A DNA stretch of 64,000 nucleotides, from contig JAUJNP010000005.1 in the NCBI GenBank assembly GCA_030448105.1, forward strand, positions 170,814 to 234,813, given 5' to 3'. The position numbers and the translations under genes are program-made. This DNA comes from Acidimicrobiales bacterium (GTDB taxonomy: Bacteria; Actinomycetota; Acidimicrobiia; Acidimicrobiales; Iamiaceae). This document shows, piece by piece, positions 7,513 through 15,290 of the stretch; position 1 is the first letter of the stretch; every line of letters starts with the position of its first letter. The notes beneath the pieces are model-generated. The model did not search any database, had not been told where the DNA came from, and was given only the letters and a program-made list of their open reading frames with translations.

Positions 7513-8913
7513 TCAGAGCAGGGCGGTCGGGTCCCAGAAGCCGGGCACCGGGGCCTTGGCCTCCCCGGCGGCGTAGGCCGCGAGGCGGGCGCGGCCGGCG
7601 GGGTCGAGGATCTCGACGGCGTCGAAGACCAGGCCGGGCCCGGGGGCCCGGAGGGTGCGCCCCAGGGCGGAGTGGGCCGGCGGCAGCCACGACGTGAGCA
7701 GCACCACCCGATCGCACCCGGCCGCCCGCATGGCGGTGGCCCGCCCCAGCGCGGCCAAGGCGGTGTCGGTGCGGACCAGGCCCGATCGGGGTGTGGTGAA
7801 ACCGCCGGTGATGTCGAACCACCACAGCCGGCCGGTGGCGTCGAGCGCGGTGCGGTCCGCCTTGCACGCCACTCCCCGCACCGCGACCGGCGCCGGCGAG
7901 ACCTCGGAGAAGCCCGCCTCCTCCAGCAGGGCCGTGGCGAGGGCGCTCATGGACTGCCCCCGCTCGACGGCGTCGTCGAGGTAGGTGTCGCGCCCCGGGG
8001 CGGCCACCTCCGCGGCCACCCGGCGCCGGGCGATCTCCACGTAGGACGGGTCGGTGTCGTAGCCCACCCACCGGCGCCCGGCCCGAGCGGCGGCCACCGC
8101 GGTCGTGCCCGAGCCCAGGAACGGGTCAAGCACCAGGTCGTCGATGAAGGTGTGCAGGTGGATCAGCCGCTCTGGCAGCTCCACCGGGAACGGCGCCGGG
8201 TGACCCACCCGTGAGGCCTGCTCCGGCGCCAGCTCCCACACGTCGAGGGTGGCCTGGAGGAAGTCGTCGTGGGTGACGGTGTCCAGGTGGGGCAGTCCCT
8301 CGGCCGCCCGCTGCTGACGGGACCGGGCCCGGGCGAGGCGGCCCTTGCCGGCCACGATCACACGCTCGGTGACGTCGCGCAACACGGGGTTGCGGGCGCT
8401 GGCGAACGTGCCCCAGGCGCAGGACCCGCCCGCCCCCCGGGCCTTCTGCCACACGATCTCGCCCCTCAGGAGCAGGCGCAGGTCGTCCTGGAGGATGCGG
8501 GTGACGTCGGCGGCCAGGCTGCGGAACGGGCGACGGCCCAGGTTGGCCACGTTGACCGCGATCCGACCGCCGGGCTCGAGCACGCGGGCGCACTCGGAGA
8601 ACACGTCGCGGAGCATGGTGAGGTACTCCAGGTAGCTGCCCGGGACGTCGCCCCGGCCCAGTTCCTCCTCGTAGGCCTTCCCGGCGAAGTACGGCGGGGA
8701 GGTGACGACCAGGGCCACGCACGCGTCGGGCAGCTCGGCCATGTCCCTGGCGTCGCCCACCAACAGGGGCTCGGCCGGCTCGTGGCGCACGACCGCCTCG
8801 TCGTCGGAGAAGGCTGGGGGCTCGAAGCGGTCGTAGAAGGCGGAGGCGTCGTGGCTCTCGCGCCGGCCCACCCCGAAGTTCGACGTCGCCGTCGGCCGCC
8901 TCCGAGGTGCCAT
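7513..8913 (-). CDS. beta-class N4/N6 DNA methyltransferase (SPPY motif) with an unassigned ~160-aa C-terminal domain
   Basis: 466 aa; motif IV VVTSPPYF precedes motif I DPFLGSGTT (beta order, PF01555-like). Residues ~305-466 (…RLWWFDITGGFTTPRSGLVRTDTALAALG…VVLLTSW…) match no domain I recognise. Confidence 0.88.
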   Translation of the reverse strand: MAPRRRPTATSNFGVGRRESHDASAFYDRFEPPAFSDDEAVVRHEPAEPLLVGDARDMAELPDACVALVVTSPPYFAGKAYEEELGRGDVPGSYLEYLTMLRDVFSECARVLEPGGRIAVNVANLGRRPFRSLAADVTRILQDDLRLLLRGEIVWQKARGAGGSCAWGTFASARNPVLRDVTERVIVAGKGRLARARSRQQRAAEGLPHLDTVTHDDFLQATLDVWELAPEQASRVGHPAPFPVELPERLIHLHTFIDDLVLDPFLGSGTTAVAAARAGRRWVGYDTDPSYVEIARRRVAAEVAAPGRDTYLDDAVERGQSMSALATALLEEAGFSEVSPAPVAVRGVACKADRTALDATGRLWWFDITGGFTTPRSGLVRTDTALAALGRATAMRAAGCDRVVLLTSWLPPAHSALGRTLRAPGPGLVFDAVEILDPAGRARLAAYAAGEAKAPVPGFWDPTALL

Positions 8914-8925
8914 CGGTTCCCGACT

Positions 8926-10710
8926 CTAGGTGCGGGCCAGGCCCCTCACCCACGTCTCGTAGAGGGCGGCGTAGCGCCCGCCGGCGTCGCGGAGGTCGGC
9001 GTGGGTGCCCAGCTCCACCAGGCGACCTTCGTCGACCACGCCCACCCGGTCGGCCCGCTCCGAGGTGGCCAGCCGGTGGGCGATCACCACCACCGTGCGC
9101 CCCTCCATGAGCCGCTCCAGCGCCCGCTCCACAAGGGCCTCGGTGCCCGGGTCGAGGCTCGAGGTGGCCTCGTCGAGCACCAGCACGGCCGGGTCGGCCA
9201 GCGCCGCCCGGGCGAGCGACACGAGCTGCTTCTCGCCGGCCGAGAGCCGCGTGCCCCGCTCGCGCACCTCGGTGTCGAGGCCGTCGGCCAGGCCGAGGAA
9301 CCGCTCGCGCACGCCGATGACCTCCATGGCCGCGTCGACCTCGGCATCGGTGGCCCCGGCCCGGGCGATGCGCACGTTGTTGCGGATGGTGCCGTTGAAG
9401 AGGAACCCCTCCTGGGGCACCACCGTGATCCGCTGGCGTAGCGAGGCGAGGGTGGCGTCGCGGAGGTCGACCCCGCCGAAGGTGATGCGCCCCTCGGTGG
9501 GGTCGTAAAGGCGAGCGATCAACTTGGCCAGGGTGGACTTCCCGGCGCCGGTGGGCCCCACCAGGGCCAGGCGCTCGCCGGGCTCGATGGCGAGGTCCAC
9601 GTCGCGCAGGACGGGGGCGCCGGCGCCGTAGGCGAAGGACACCGCCGCCACCTCGACCACCCCTGAAGGGGGCAGATCGACCGCGCCGGGGCGCTCAGGG
9701 ATGTCGACCGCGGTGTCGAGCAGGCCGAACAGCTTGTTGAGCCCGGCGCCGGCCGACTGCACCTGGTTGAACAGCTGGGAGAGCTGCTGCACCGGCTCGA
9801 ACAGGTTGGACAGCGACAGGACGAAGAAGGCGATGGTGCCCACGGTGACGATGTCGCGGGTGACCATCCAGCCGCCGATGCCGACGACGAGCGCGGTGGT
9901 GCCCAGGCCGGCGAGCTCGATCACCGGCAGGTACCAGGCCTGTATGCGCACGGACCGCATGTGGGCGTCGTAGAGCGTGCGGTTGCGCCGACCGAACCGG
10001 CCGACCTCGACGTCCTCGCGGGTGTAGGCCTGGATGACCCGGACGCCGGTGATGCCCTCCTGGAGGGACGACAGCATCATGCCGATGCGGTCGCGCACCG
10101 AGAGGTACGCACGGTTGGAGTCGCGCTGGAACTTGACGCTGGCCAGGATCACGAACGGCAGCGGGATGAGGCAGATGAGCATCAGCTGCCAGGACACGAT
10201 GGCCAGCACCACGACTGACAGCACGATGAGCAGGGCGCTCGACACGAACTGGAGCAGGCCCATCTGCACGAGCTCCTGGAGCGAGTCCACGTCGGAGGTC
10301 ATGCGGGACACGACGACGCCGGCCTTCTCCCGGTCGTAGAACGGCATCGACAGGCGCTGGAGGTGATCGAAAACCCGCACCCGCAGGTCGCGCAGGAACC
10401 CTTCGCCGACCCGGCCCACCAGCACCACCTGGAACCGGTTGGCGAGGAACCCGAGGGCGGCCACCACGAGATACGCGATCACGGCGGCGTCGAGGGCGCC
10501 GGCGTCGCCCGCCTTGATGCCCCGGTCGATCCCCCGCTTCACCAGGTAGGGACCGCCGAGGGTGGCCAGCGTGTAGACGACGATGAGGGCGAGGGCGAGG
10601 CGCAGCTGCAACCGGTAGGGCCGCAGGAACCGCCAGATCCGCCGCAGCACCCGCGTGGCCGCCTCCCGGTCGAGCTGGTCCTCCTCGGACACACCCGCCA
10701 TCGACCACAT
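8926..10710 (-). CDS. ABC exporter, fused permease/ATPase subunit
   Basis: 594 aa; six-TM N-terminal half; Walker A GPTGAGKST, signature LSAGEKQLVSLARA, Walker B LVLDEATSSLD. Confidence 0.9.
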   Translation of the reverse strand: MWSMAGVSEEDQLDREAATRVLRRIWRFLRPYRLQLRLALALIVVYTLATLGGPYLVKRGIDRGIKAGDAGALDAAVIAYLVVAALGFLANRFQVVLVGRVGEGFLRDLRVRVFDHLQRLSMPFYDREKAGVVVSRMTSDVDSLQELVQMGLLQFVSSALLIVLSVVVLAIVSWQLMLICLIPLPFVILASVKFQRDSNRAYLSVRDRIGMMLSSLQEGITGVRVIQAYTREDVEVGRFGRRNRTLYDAHMRSVRIQAWYLPVIELAGLGTTALVVGIGGWMVTRDIVTVGTIAFFVLSLSNLFEPVQQLSQLFNQVQSAGAGLNKLFGLLDTAVDIPERPGAVDLPPSGVVEVAAVSFAYGAGAPVLRDVDLAIEPGERLALVGPTGAGKSTLAKLIARLYDPTEGRITFGGVDLRDATLASLRQRITVVPQEGFLFNGTIRNNVRIARAGATDAEVDAAMEVIGVRERFLGLADGLDTEVRERGTRLSAGEKQLVSLARAALADPAVLVLDEATSSLDPGTEALVERALERLMEGRTVVVIAHRLATSERADRVGVVDEGRLVELGTHADLRDAGGRYAALYETWVRGLART

Positions 10711-12524
10711 CAGTCGACCACGCTCACATCGGCTCCGGGCACGTCGGCTCCGGGCACGTCAGCGCCGGGCACGTCGGCGCCGGCCGCGTCGGAAGCTCGC
10801 TCGGCGTCGGTGCGCTCGGCGTCGGAGGTGAGCGAAGCCGCCGCCAGAACCGACCGGTAACGCGCGCTGGCAGCCAGCAGCTCGTCGTGGGTGCCGGTCG
10901 CCGCCACCCGGCCCCGGTCGACCAGCACCACCCGGTCGGCCAGGGCGATGGTGGCCGGCCGGTGGGCGATCACGATGGTGGTGCGGCCCTTCATCACCTC
11001 GGTGAGGGCGTCGCGGATCTCGTGCTCCTTGGTGGGGTCCACCGCCGAGGTGGCGTCGTCGAGGATGAGGATGCGGGGGTCGGCGAGGATGGCCCGGGCG
11101 ATCGCGATGCGCTGGCGCTGTCCCCCGGAGAGGGAGTAGCCCCGCTCGCCGATCTCGGCGGCGTAGCCCTCGGGTAGCTGGCGGATGAACTCGTCGGCTC
11201 CGGCCAGCCGAGCCGCCCGCTCGATGGCCTGGGCGCTGGCGTCGGGATCGGCGAAGGCGATGTTGTTGGCGATCGAGTCGCTGAAGAGGAAGGTCTCCTC
11301 GAACACGAGGCCCACCGCCCGGCGCACGTCGCGCACGGGCGCCTGGCGCACGTCCACGCCGTCGATGCACACGCGGCCGCCGTCGACGTCGTAGAACCGG
11401 GGGATCAGCTTCGCCACCGTGGACTTGCCGCTCCCGGTTGCTCCCACCAGGGCCACCGACTCACCCGGGGCCACCACCAGGTCGAAGCCGTCGAGCACGG
11501 TGGCGCCGCCGCCGTAGCCGAAGCGCACCTGCTCGAAACGCACCTCGCCGCCGCCGGGGGGCAGTGCAACCGGACGGGGAGGGTCGACGATCACCGGCTC
11601 GGTGGCCAGCACCTCGTGCACCCGCTGGGCGGAGGCCGCCGCCCGCTGGGACTGGGCCACGATCATCCCGAGCATCCTCAGCGGCCAGATCAGCAGCACC
11701 ACGTAGGCGTTGAACGCCACCAGCTCGCCGAGCTGCAGGCGCCCGTCGAGCACGAGGTGCCCCCCGTAGGCGAGCACCGCCACCAGGCCGAGGTTGGGGA
11801 GCAGCTCGAGCGCGGGCCAGTACCGGGCGCGGATGCGGGTGGCCTCCATGGCCGCCTCGTAGAGGTCGTCGGCCTCCTTGGCCAGCCGGGCCTGCTGGGT
11901 GGGCTCGGCGCCGAAGCCCTTCACCACCCGCACCCCCGAGACCGTCTCCTCCACCACGCCGGCCAGCTCGGCCGACTCCTGCTGCACGGCGACCATGGTG
12001 GGGTGCAGGCGGGTGGAGAAGCGCTTGGCGAACACGTTGACCAGCGGCAGGGTGCCCAGGGCCAGCAGCGCCAGCAGCCAGTTGGTGCGCACCAGGATCA
12101 CGGTGACGGCCAGCACCGTCACCCCGTTGGAGATGGTGAGCGGGATGAGGACGATGAAGTTCTGCACCTGCTGGAGGTCGGTGTTGGCCCGGCTCATGAG
12201 CTGGCCGGTCTGGGCCTCGTCGTGGAAGGAGAAGTGCAGCCGCTGCAGGTGGGCGAACATGCGGTCGCGCAGCACCGCTTCGGACCAGCGGGCCTCGCGG
12301 AAGGCGTAGTAGCGGCGCAACCCCGTGAAGGTGGCCGACAGGACACCGGCGGCGCCGATGATGAGCGCCCAGCGGGTGATGGCCCCCTGGTCGCGCACCT
12401 CGATCCCGTGGTCGATGGCGAGCTGCACGAGCTTGGGCACGCTGACCTTGCCCACCGTCCACACCAGGCCCACCAGCACGCCAATGGCGATGCCGCGGGT
12501 CTGGGAGCGCATCTGGGCGCGCAC
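10710..12524 (-). CDS. ABC exporter, fused permease/ATPase subunit (heterodimer partner) with a pentapeptide-repeat tail
   Basis: 604 aa; Walker A GATGSGKST, signature LSGGQRQRIAIARA; stop overlaps the downstream ATG (TGATG); C-terminus ...AAGADVPGADVPGADVPGADVSVVD. Confidence 0.9.
   Translation of the reverse strand: MRAQMRSQTRGIAIGVLVGLVWTVGKVSVPKLVQLAIDHGIEVRDQGAITRWALIIGAAGVLSATFTGLRRYYAFREARWSEAVLRDRMFAHLQRLHFSFHDEAQTGQLMSRANTDLQQVQNFIVLIPLTISNGVTVLAVTVILVRTNWLLALLALGTLPLVNVFAKRFSTRLHPTMVAVQQESAELAGVVEETVSGVRVVKGFGAEPTQQARLAKEADDLYEAAMEATRIRARYWPALELLPNLGLVAVLAYGGHLVLDGRLQLGELVAFNAYVVLLIWPLRMLGMIVAQSQRAAASAQRVHEVLATEPVIVDPPRPVALPPGGGEVRFEQVRFGYGGGATVLDGFDLVVAPGESVALVGATGSGKSTVAKLIPRFYDVDGGRVCIDGVDVRQAPVRDVRRAVGLVFEETFLFSDSIANNIAFADPDASAQAIERAARLAGADEFIRQLPEGYAAEIGERGYSLSGGQRQRIAIARAILADPRILILDDATSAVDPTKEHEIRDALTEVMKGRTTIVIAHRPATIALADRVVLVDRGRVAATGTHDELLAASARYRSVLAAASLTSDAERTDAERASDAAGADVPGADVPGADVPGADVSVVD
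10726..10800. repeat. 15-bp tandem repeat (4 good copies plus 1 degenerate) inside a CDS
   Basis: acatcggctccgggc / acgtcggctccgggc / acgtcagcgccgggc / acgtcggcgccggcc / gcgtcggaagctcgc; encodes (GADVP)n on the minus strand. Confidence 0.9.
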
Positions 12525-12634
12525 CAGCCGCCATCCCTCGGTGGACGGCGGGGTCGGGACGGGCGCCCCCTCGAGGCTCGGCTGGCGCTCGGTGACGGGA
12601 ATCGTGCCCTCTCTCGTCCGCGGCCAGCCCTGCG

Positions 12635-12652
12635 CTTGACCCGCCGGTCAAG
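12635..12652. promoter_or_regulatory. palindrome CTTGACC-N4-GGTCAAG in a divergent intergenic region (candidate operator / -35)
   Basis: Perfect 7-bp arms between the ABC exporter (-) and ubiB-like (+) starts; TTGACC is present on both strands. No regulator is identified nearby. Confidence 0.3.
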
Positions 12653-12690
12653 GGTACCGCCGGCCCCGGCCCTCGGGCCACGGAGTTGGC

Positions 12691-14034
12691 GTGCCCTACG
12701 GTCATCTCGTGGGCACGGCGCGACGCGGCAGCATCACCCGGCGAGCCTGGACGGTGGGCACGACGTTCGCCCGCCACATGGCCCGTCGATCCGACCCGCT
12801 CCCTCGCCGGGTTCGCACGGCGTTCACCGACCTCGGACCGACCTACGTGAAGGTCGGGCAGGTGATCGCGTCCAGCCCCGGGCTCTTCCCGCCCGATTGG
12901 ACCGAGGAGTTCGCGTCGCTGCGCGACAAGGTGCCGCCCTTCCCCGGCGACCAGGCCCGCCGCATGGTGGAGGAGGACCTCGGACGCCCGCTGCGCTCGG
13001 CGTTCGCCACCTTCGACGAGGTCCCCATCGCCGCCGCCTCGATCGCCCAGGTGCACGGGGCCACGCTGCTCGACGGCTCCGAGGTGGTGGTGAAGGTGCA
13101 GCGCCCCGGCCTGGAGCACCAGGTGCGCGACGACCTGCGGGCCCTGCTGTTGCTGTGCGAGGTGCTCGAGCGCATCCCGCAAACCTCGGTGGGCTCGCCC
13201 CGGGCGCTGGCCGAGGACTTCGCCCGCACCCTCCACGAGGAGATGGACTTCCGCCTCGAGGCCGACAACATGGAGCGGATGCGCGGCATCCTCGGCCGCT
13301 CGGGGATCAGCGACTGCCGGGTGCCAGTGGTGCACCACGACCTGGTGGGCCGCCGCGTGCTGACCATGGAGCGCATCCGCGGCCTGCGCTTCACCGACGT
13401 GGAGGGCATGCGGGCCAAGGGCATCGACACCGAGCGACTGCTCCGCCTCGGCGCGCAGACCGTGGTGGAGGGCGTGCTGGTCCACGGCTTCTTCCACGGC
13501 GACCTCCACGCCGGCAACATCTCGGTGCTACCCGACGGCACCTTCGTGCTGTTCGACTTCGGCATCGTGGGCCGGCTCACCGAGAGCGCCCGCGGCCGCC
13601 TGGCCATGTACCTGATGGCCGTCACCACCAACGACTACCCCACCATGGTGCGGGCCCTGCGCTCGTTCGGCTCGGTGCCGCCCGACGTCGACGTGGAGGA
13701 GATGGCCGCCACCGTGCGCCGGCTCTACGAGCCTTTCATCACCAACGGCGTGGTCACCGCCCAGCTGGGCGAGCTGATGGACACCATGATCCGCTCGATG
13801 GTGCAGTACCGGGTCCGCATACCCCGCGAGCTGGTGCTGCTGTCCAAGCAGATGCTGTACCTCGAGGGTGCCGCCCACGCCCTTGCCCCCCACGCCGACC
13901 TGCTCCAGGAGCAGAACGTCATCTACGCCACGCTGATGGAGAAGTACCCGGCCCTGGCCATGGAGATCATGGTCGCCATCGCGCGGGGCCAGGAGATGGA
14001 CGCCGCCATCGCCTCGGGTGCCGCCCCCGCCTGA
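12691..14034 (+). CDS. ABC1/UbiB family atypical kinase
   Basis: 447 aa; LGPTYVKVGQVIASSPGLFP, AAASIAQVH, FFHGDLHAGNI, LFDFGIVG motifs. Confidence 0.9.
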   Translation: MPYGHLVGTARRGSITRRAWTVGTTFARHMARRSDPLPRRVRTAFTDLGPTYVKVGQVIASSPGLFPPDWTEEFASLRDKVPPFPGDQARRMVEEDLGRPLRSAFATFDEVPIAAASIAQVHGATLLDGSEVVVKVQRPGLEHQVRDDLRALLLLCEVLERIPQTSVGSPRALAEDFARTLHEEMDFRLEADNMERMRGILGRSGISDCRVPVVHHDLVGRRVLTMERIRGLRFTDVEGMRAKGIDTERLLRLGAQTVVEGVLVHGFFHGDLHAGNISVLPDGTFVLFDFGIVGRLTESARGRLAMYLMAVTTNDYPTMVRALRSFGSVPPDVDVEEMAATVRRLYEPFITNGVVTAQLGELMDTMIRSMVQYRVRIPRELVLLSKQMLYLEGAAHALAPHADLLQEQNVIYATLMEKYPALAMEIMVAIARGQEMDAAIASGAAPA

Positions 14035-14176
14035 CCTACCCGGTGGGTCCTCGGCGCTGGCATCGACGAGCCGGTAGCCCACGCCGGGCTAGGTCACGGC
14101 GGGACCGGCCGGGCGCGTCGCCCAGCTTCTTGCCGAGCTGGCTGACGTCGCCCGCCCCGGCGGCCGGCGGTAGCGT

Positions 14177-14668
14177 GTGGTGGTGACCGACGTGGCCGTC
14201 GAGGGCGCGGGGCGTGCCGTCGTGGGGGCGGGCGCCACCCCCGGGTGGAGCGCCCCGCCCCGGCGCCGACCGTGGATCATCCCGACCGTGGTCGGAGTCG
14301 GCGTGGCCGCCGCCACCGCCTACACCGCCGTTCTGGACCCCAGCACCGACCAGGCCTTCCCGCTCTGCCCGCTCAAGTACGTTACCGGCGCCGACTGCCC
14401 CGCCTGCGGAGGCCTGCGGGCGGTGCACGCCCTAAGCCGGGGCGACGTGGTCGGGGCGGCCGACCACCACGTGCTGCTCGTGATGGCCGTGCCGTTCCTG
14501 CTGGTGGGCTACGGACTCTGGCTGGCCCACACCCTCGGGGCCAAGGTGCCCCGGGTGCGCCTGTCGGGTCGCGCCATCGGCGCCCTCGTGGCCCTGCTGC
14601 TGGTGTTCGCCGTGGCGCGGAACCTCCCCATCCCCGGCCACGACTTCCTCAACAGCGCGAGGTCCTAA
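14177..14668 (+). CDS. DUF2752-like membrane protein
   Basis: 163 aa; CPLKYVTGADCPACGGLRA motif followed by TM segments. Confidence 0.75.
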   Translation: MVVTDVAVEGAGRAVVGAGATPGWSAPPRRRPWIIPTVVGVGVAAATAYTAVLDPSTDQAFPLCPLKYVTGADCPACGGLRAVHALSRGDVVGAADHHVLLVMAVPFLLVGYGLWLAHTLGAKVPRVRLSGRAIGALVALLLVFAVARNLPIPGHDFLNSARS

Positions 14669-15198
14669 GGGGATAGCTCCCTGAGCTCGGCGCGGTAGCG
14701 GCGGGCACGGGCGACGTAGCTGGCCACGCCCGGGCGGATCATGGCCTCGGCGTCGACCGCGCCCTCCCTGATCTTGGCGGGCACGCCGAGGGCCATCGCT
14801 CCCGAGGGCACCCGCATGTCGTTGGTGACGACCGCGTTCGCCCCCACCAGGACGCCGGACCCGAGCACCGCTCGGTGCAACACGATGGAGCCCGAGCCGA
14901 CCAGCACCAGGTCCTCGATGGTGCAGCCCTCGAGGTGGGCCACGTGGCCGATCACGCAGTCGTCGCCGACCACGGTGGGCCAGTCGGGGGTGGTGTGGAC
15001 CACGGTGCCGTCCTGCACCGACGTGCGGGCCCCGACCCGGATCGAGCCGTCGTCACCCCGCAGCACGGCCCCGGCCCACACCGAGGACTCGGCCCCGATG
15101 GTGACGTCGCCGATCACCACCGCATCGGGGTGCACGTAGGCGTCGGGGTGGATGGTGGGCTCGACGTCGCCGAGCGCGTAGAGGGGCATCCGATGCAT
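14665..15198 (-). CDS. gamma-carbonic-anhydrase-like left-handed beta-helix protein
   Basis: 177 aa; MPLYALGDVEPTIHPDAYVHPDAVVIGDVTIG...VWAGAVLRGD hexapeptide repeats. Confidence 0.9.
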   Translation of the reverse strand: MHRMPLYALGDVEPTIHPDAYVHPDAVVIGDVTIGAESSVWAGAVLRGDDGSIRVGARTSVQDGTVVHTTPDWPTVVGDDCVIGHVAHLEGCTIEDLVLVGSGSIVLHRAVLGSGVLVGANAVVTNDMRVPSGAMALGVPAKIREGAVDAEAMIRPGVASYVARARRYRAELRELSP

Positions 15199-15228
15199 CG
15201 TACGGCCGGCGCCTGAGGCGCCGTCCCA

Positions 15229-15256
15229 CAGGGTGGCGGGTGGGGTCGGCGGACGT
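15229..15256 (+). repeat. copy of the 28-nt G-rich dispersed core
   Basis: CAGGGTGGCGGGTGGGGTCGGCGGACGT; 1 mismatch to the reverse complement of 5894-5921. Intergenic, 35 nt upstream of the ptrB ATG. Confidence 0.85.
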
Positions 15257-15290
15257 CGTACCGGCCGGACGACGTCGTATCGTCGCCGGG

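Noticed and set aside
7513-8913. Complete restriction-modification or other defence system around the DNA methyltransferase
   Set aside because: The neighbours are ABC exporter genes and sufB. No endonuclease, specificity, helicase or ATPase partner is present, and composition is host-like. It is reported as an orphan methylase instead.
11461-14186. Overlapping 682-aa (minus) and 856-aa (plus) ORFs spanning the ABC exporter / UbiB region
   Set aside because: Both are alternative-frame or antisense readings of genes with clear motifs in another frame. They have Arg/Gly/Pro-rich composition and no recognisable domains.
15229-15256. Canonical G-quadruplex formed by the G-rich core
   Set aside because: There are only three runs of three or more G (GGG, GGG, GGGG). 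A fourth would have to be a GG run, so only a bulged or two-tetrad structure is possible. This is kept as a speculation inside the finding, not as a feature.
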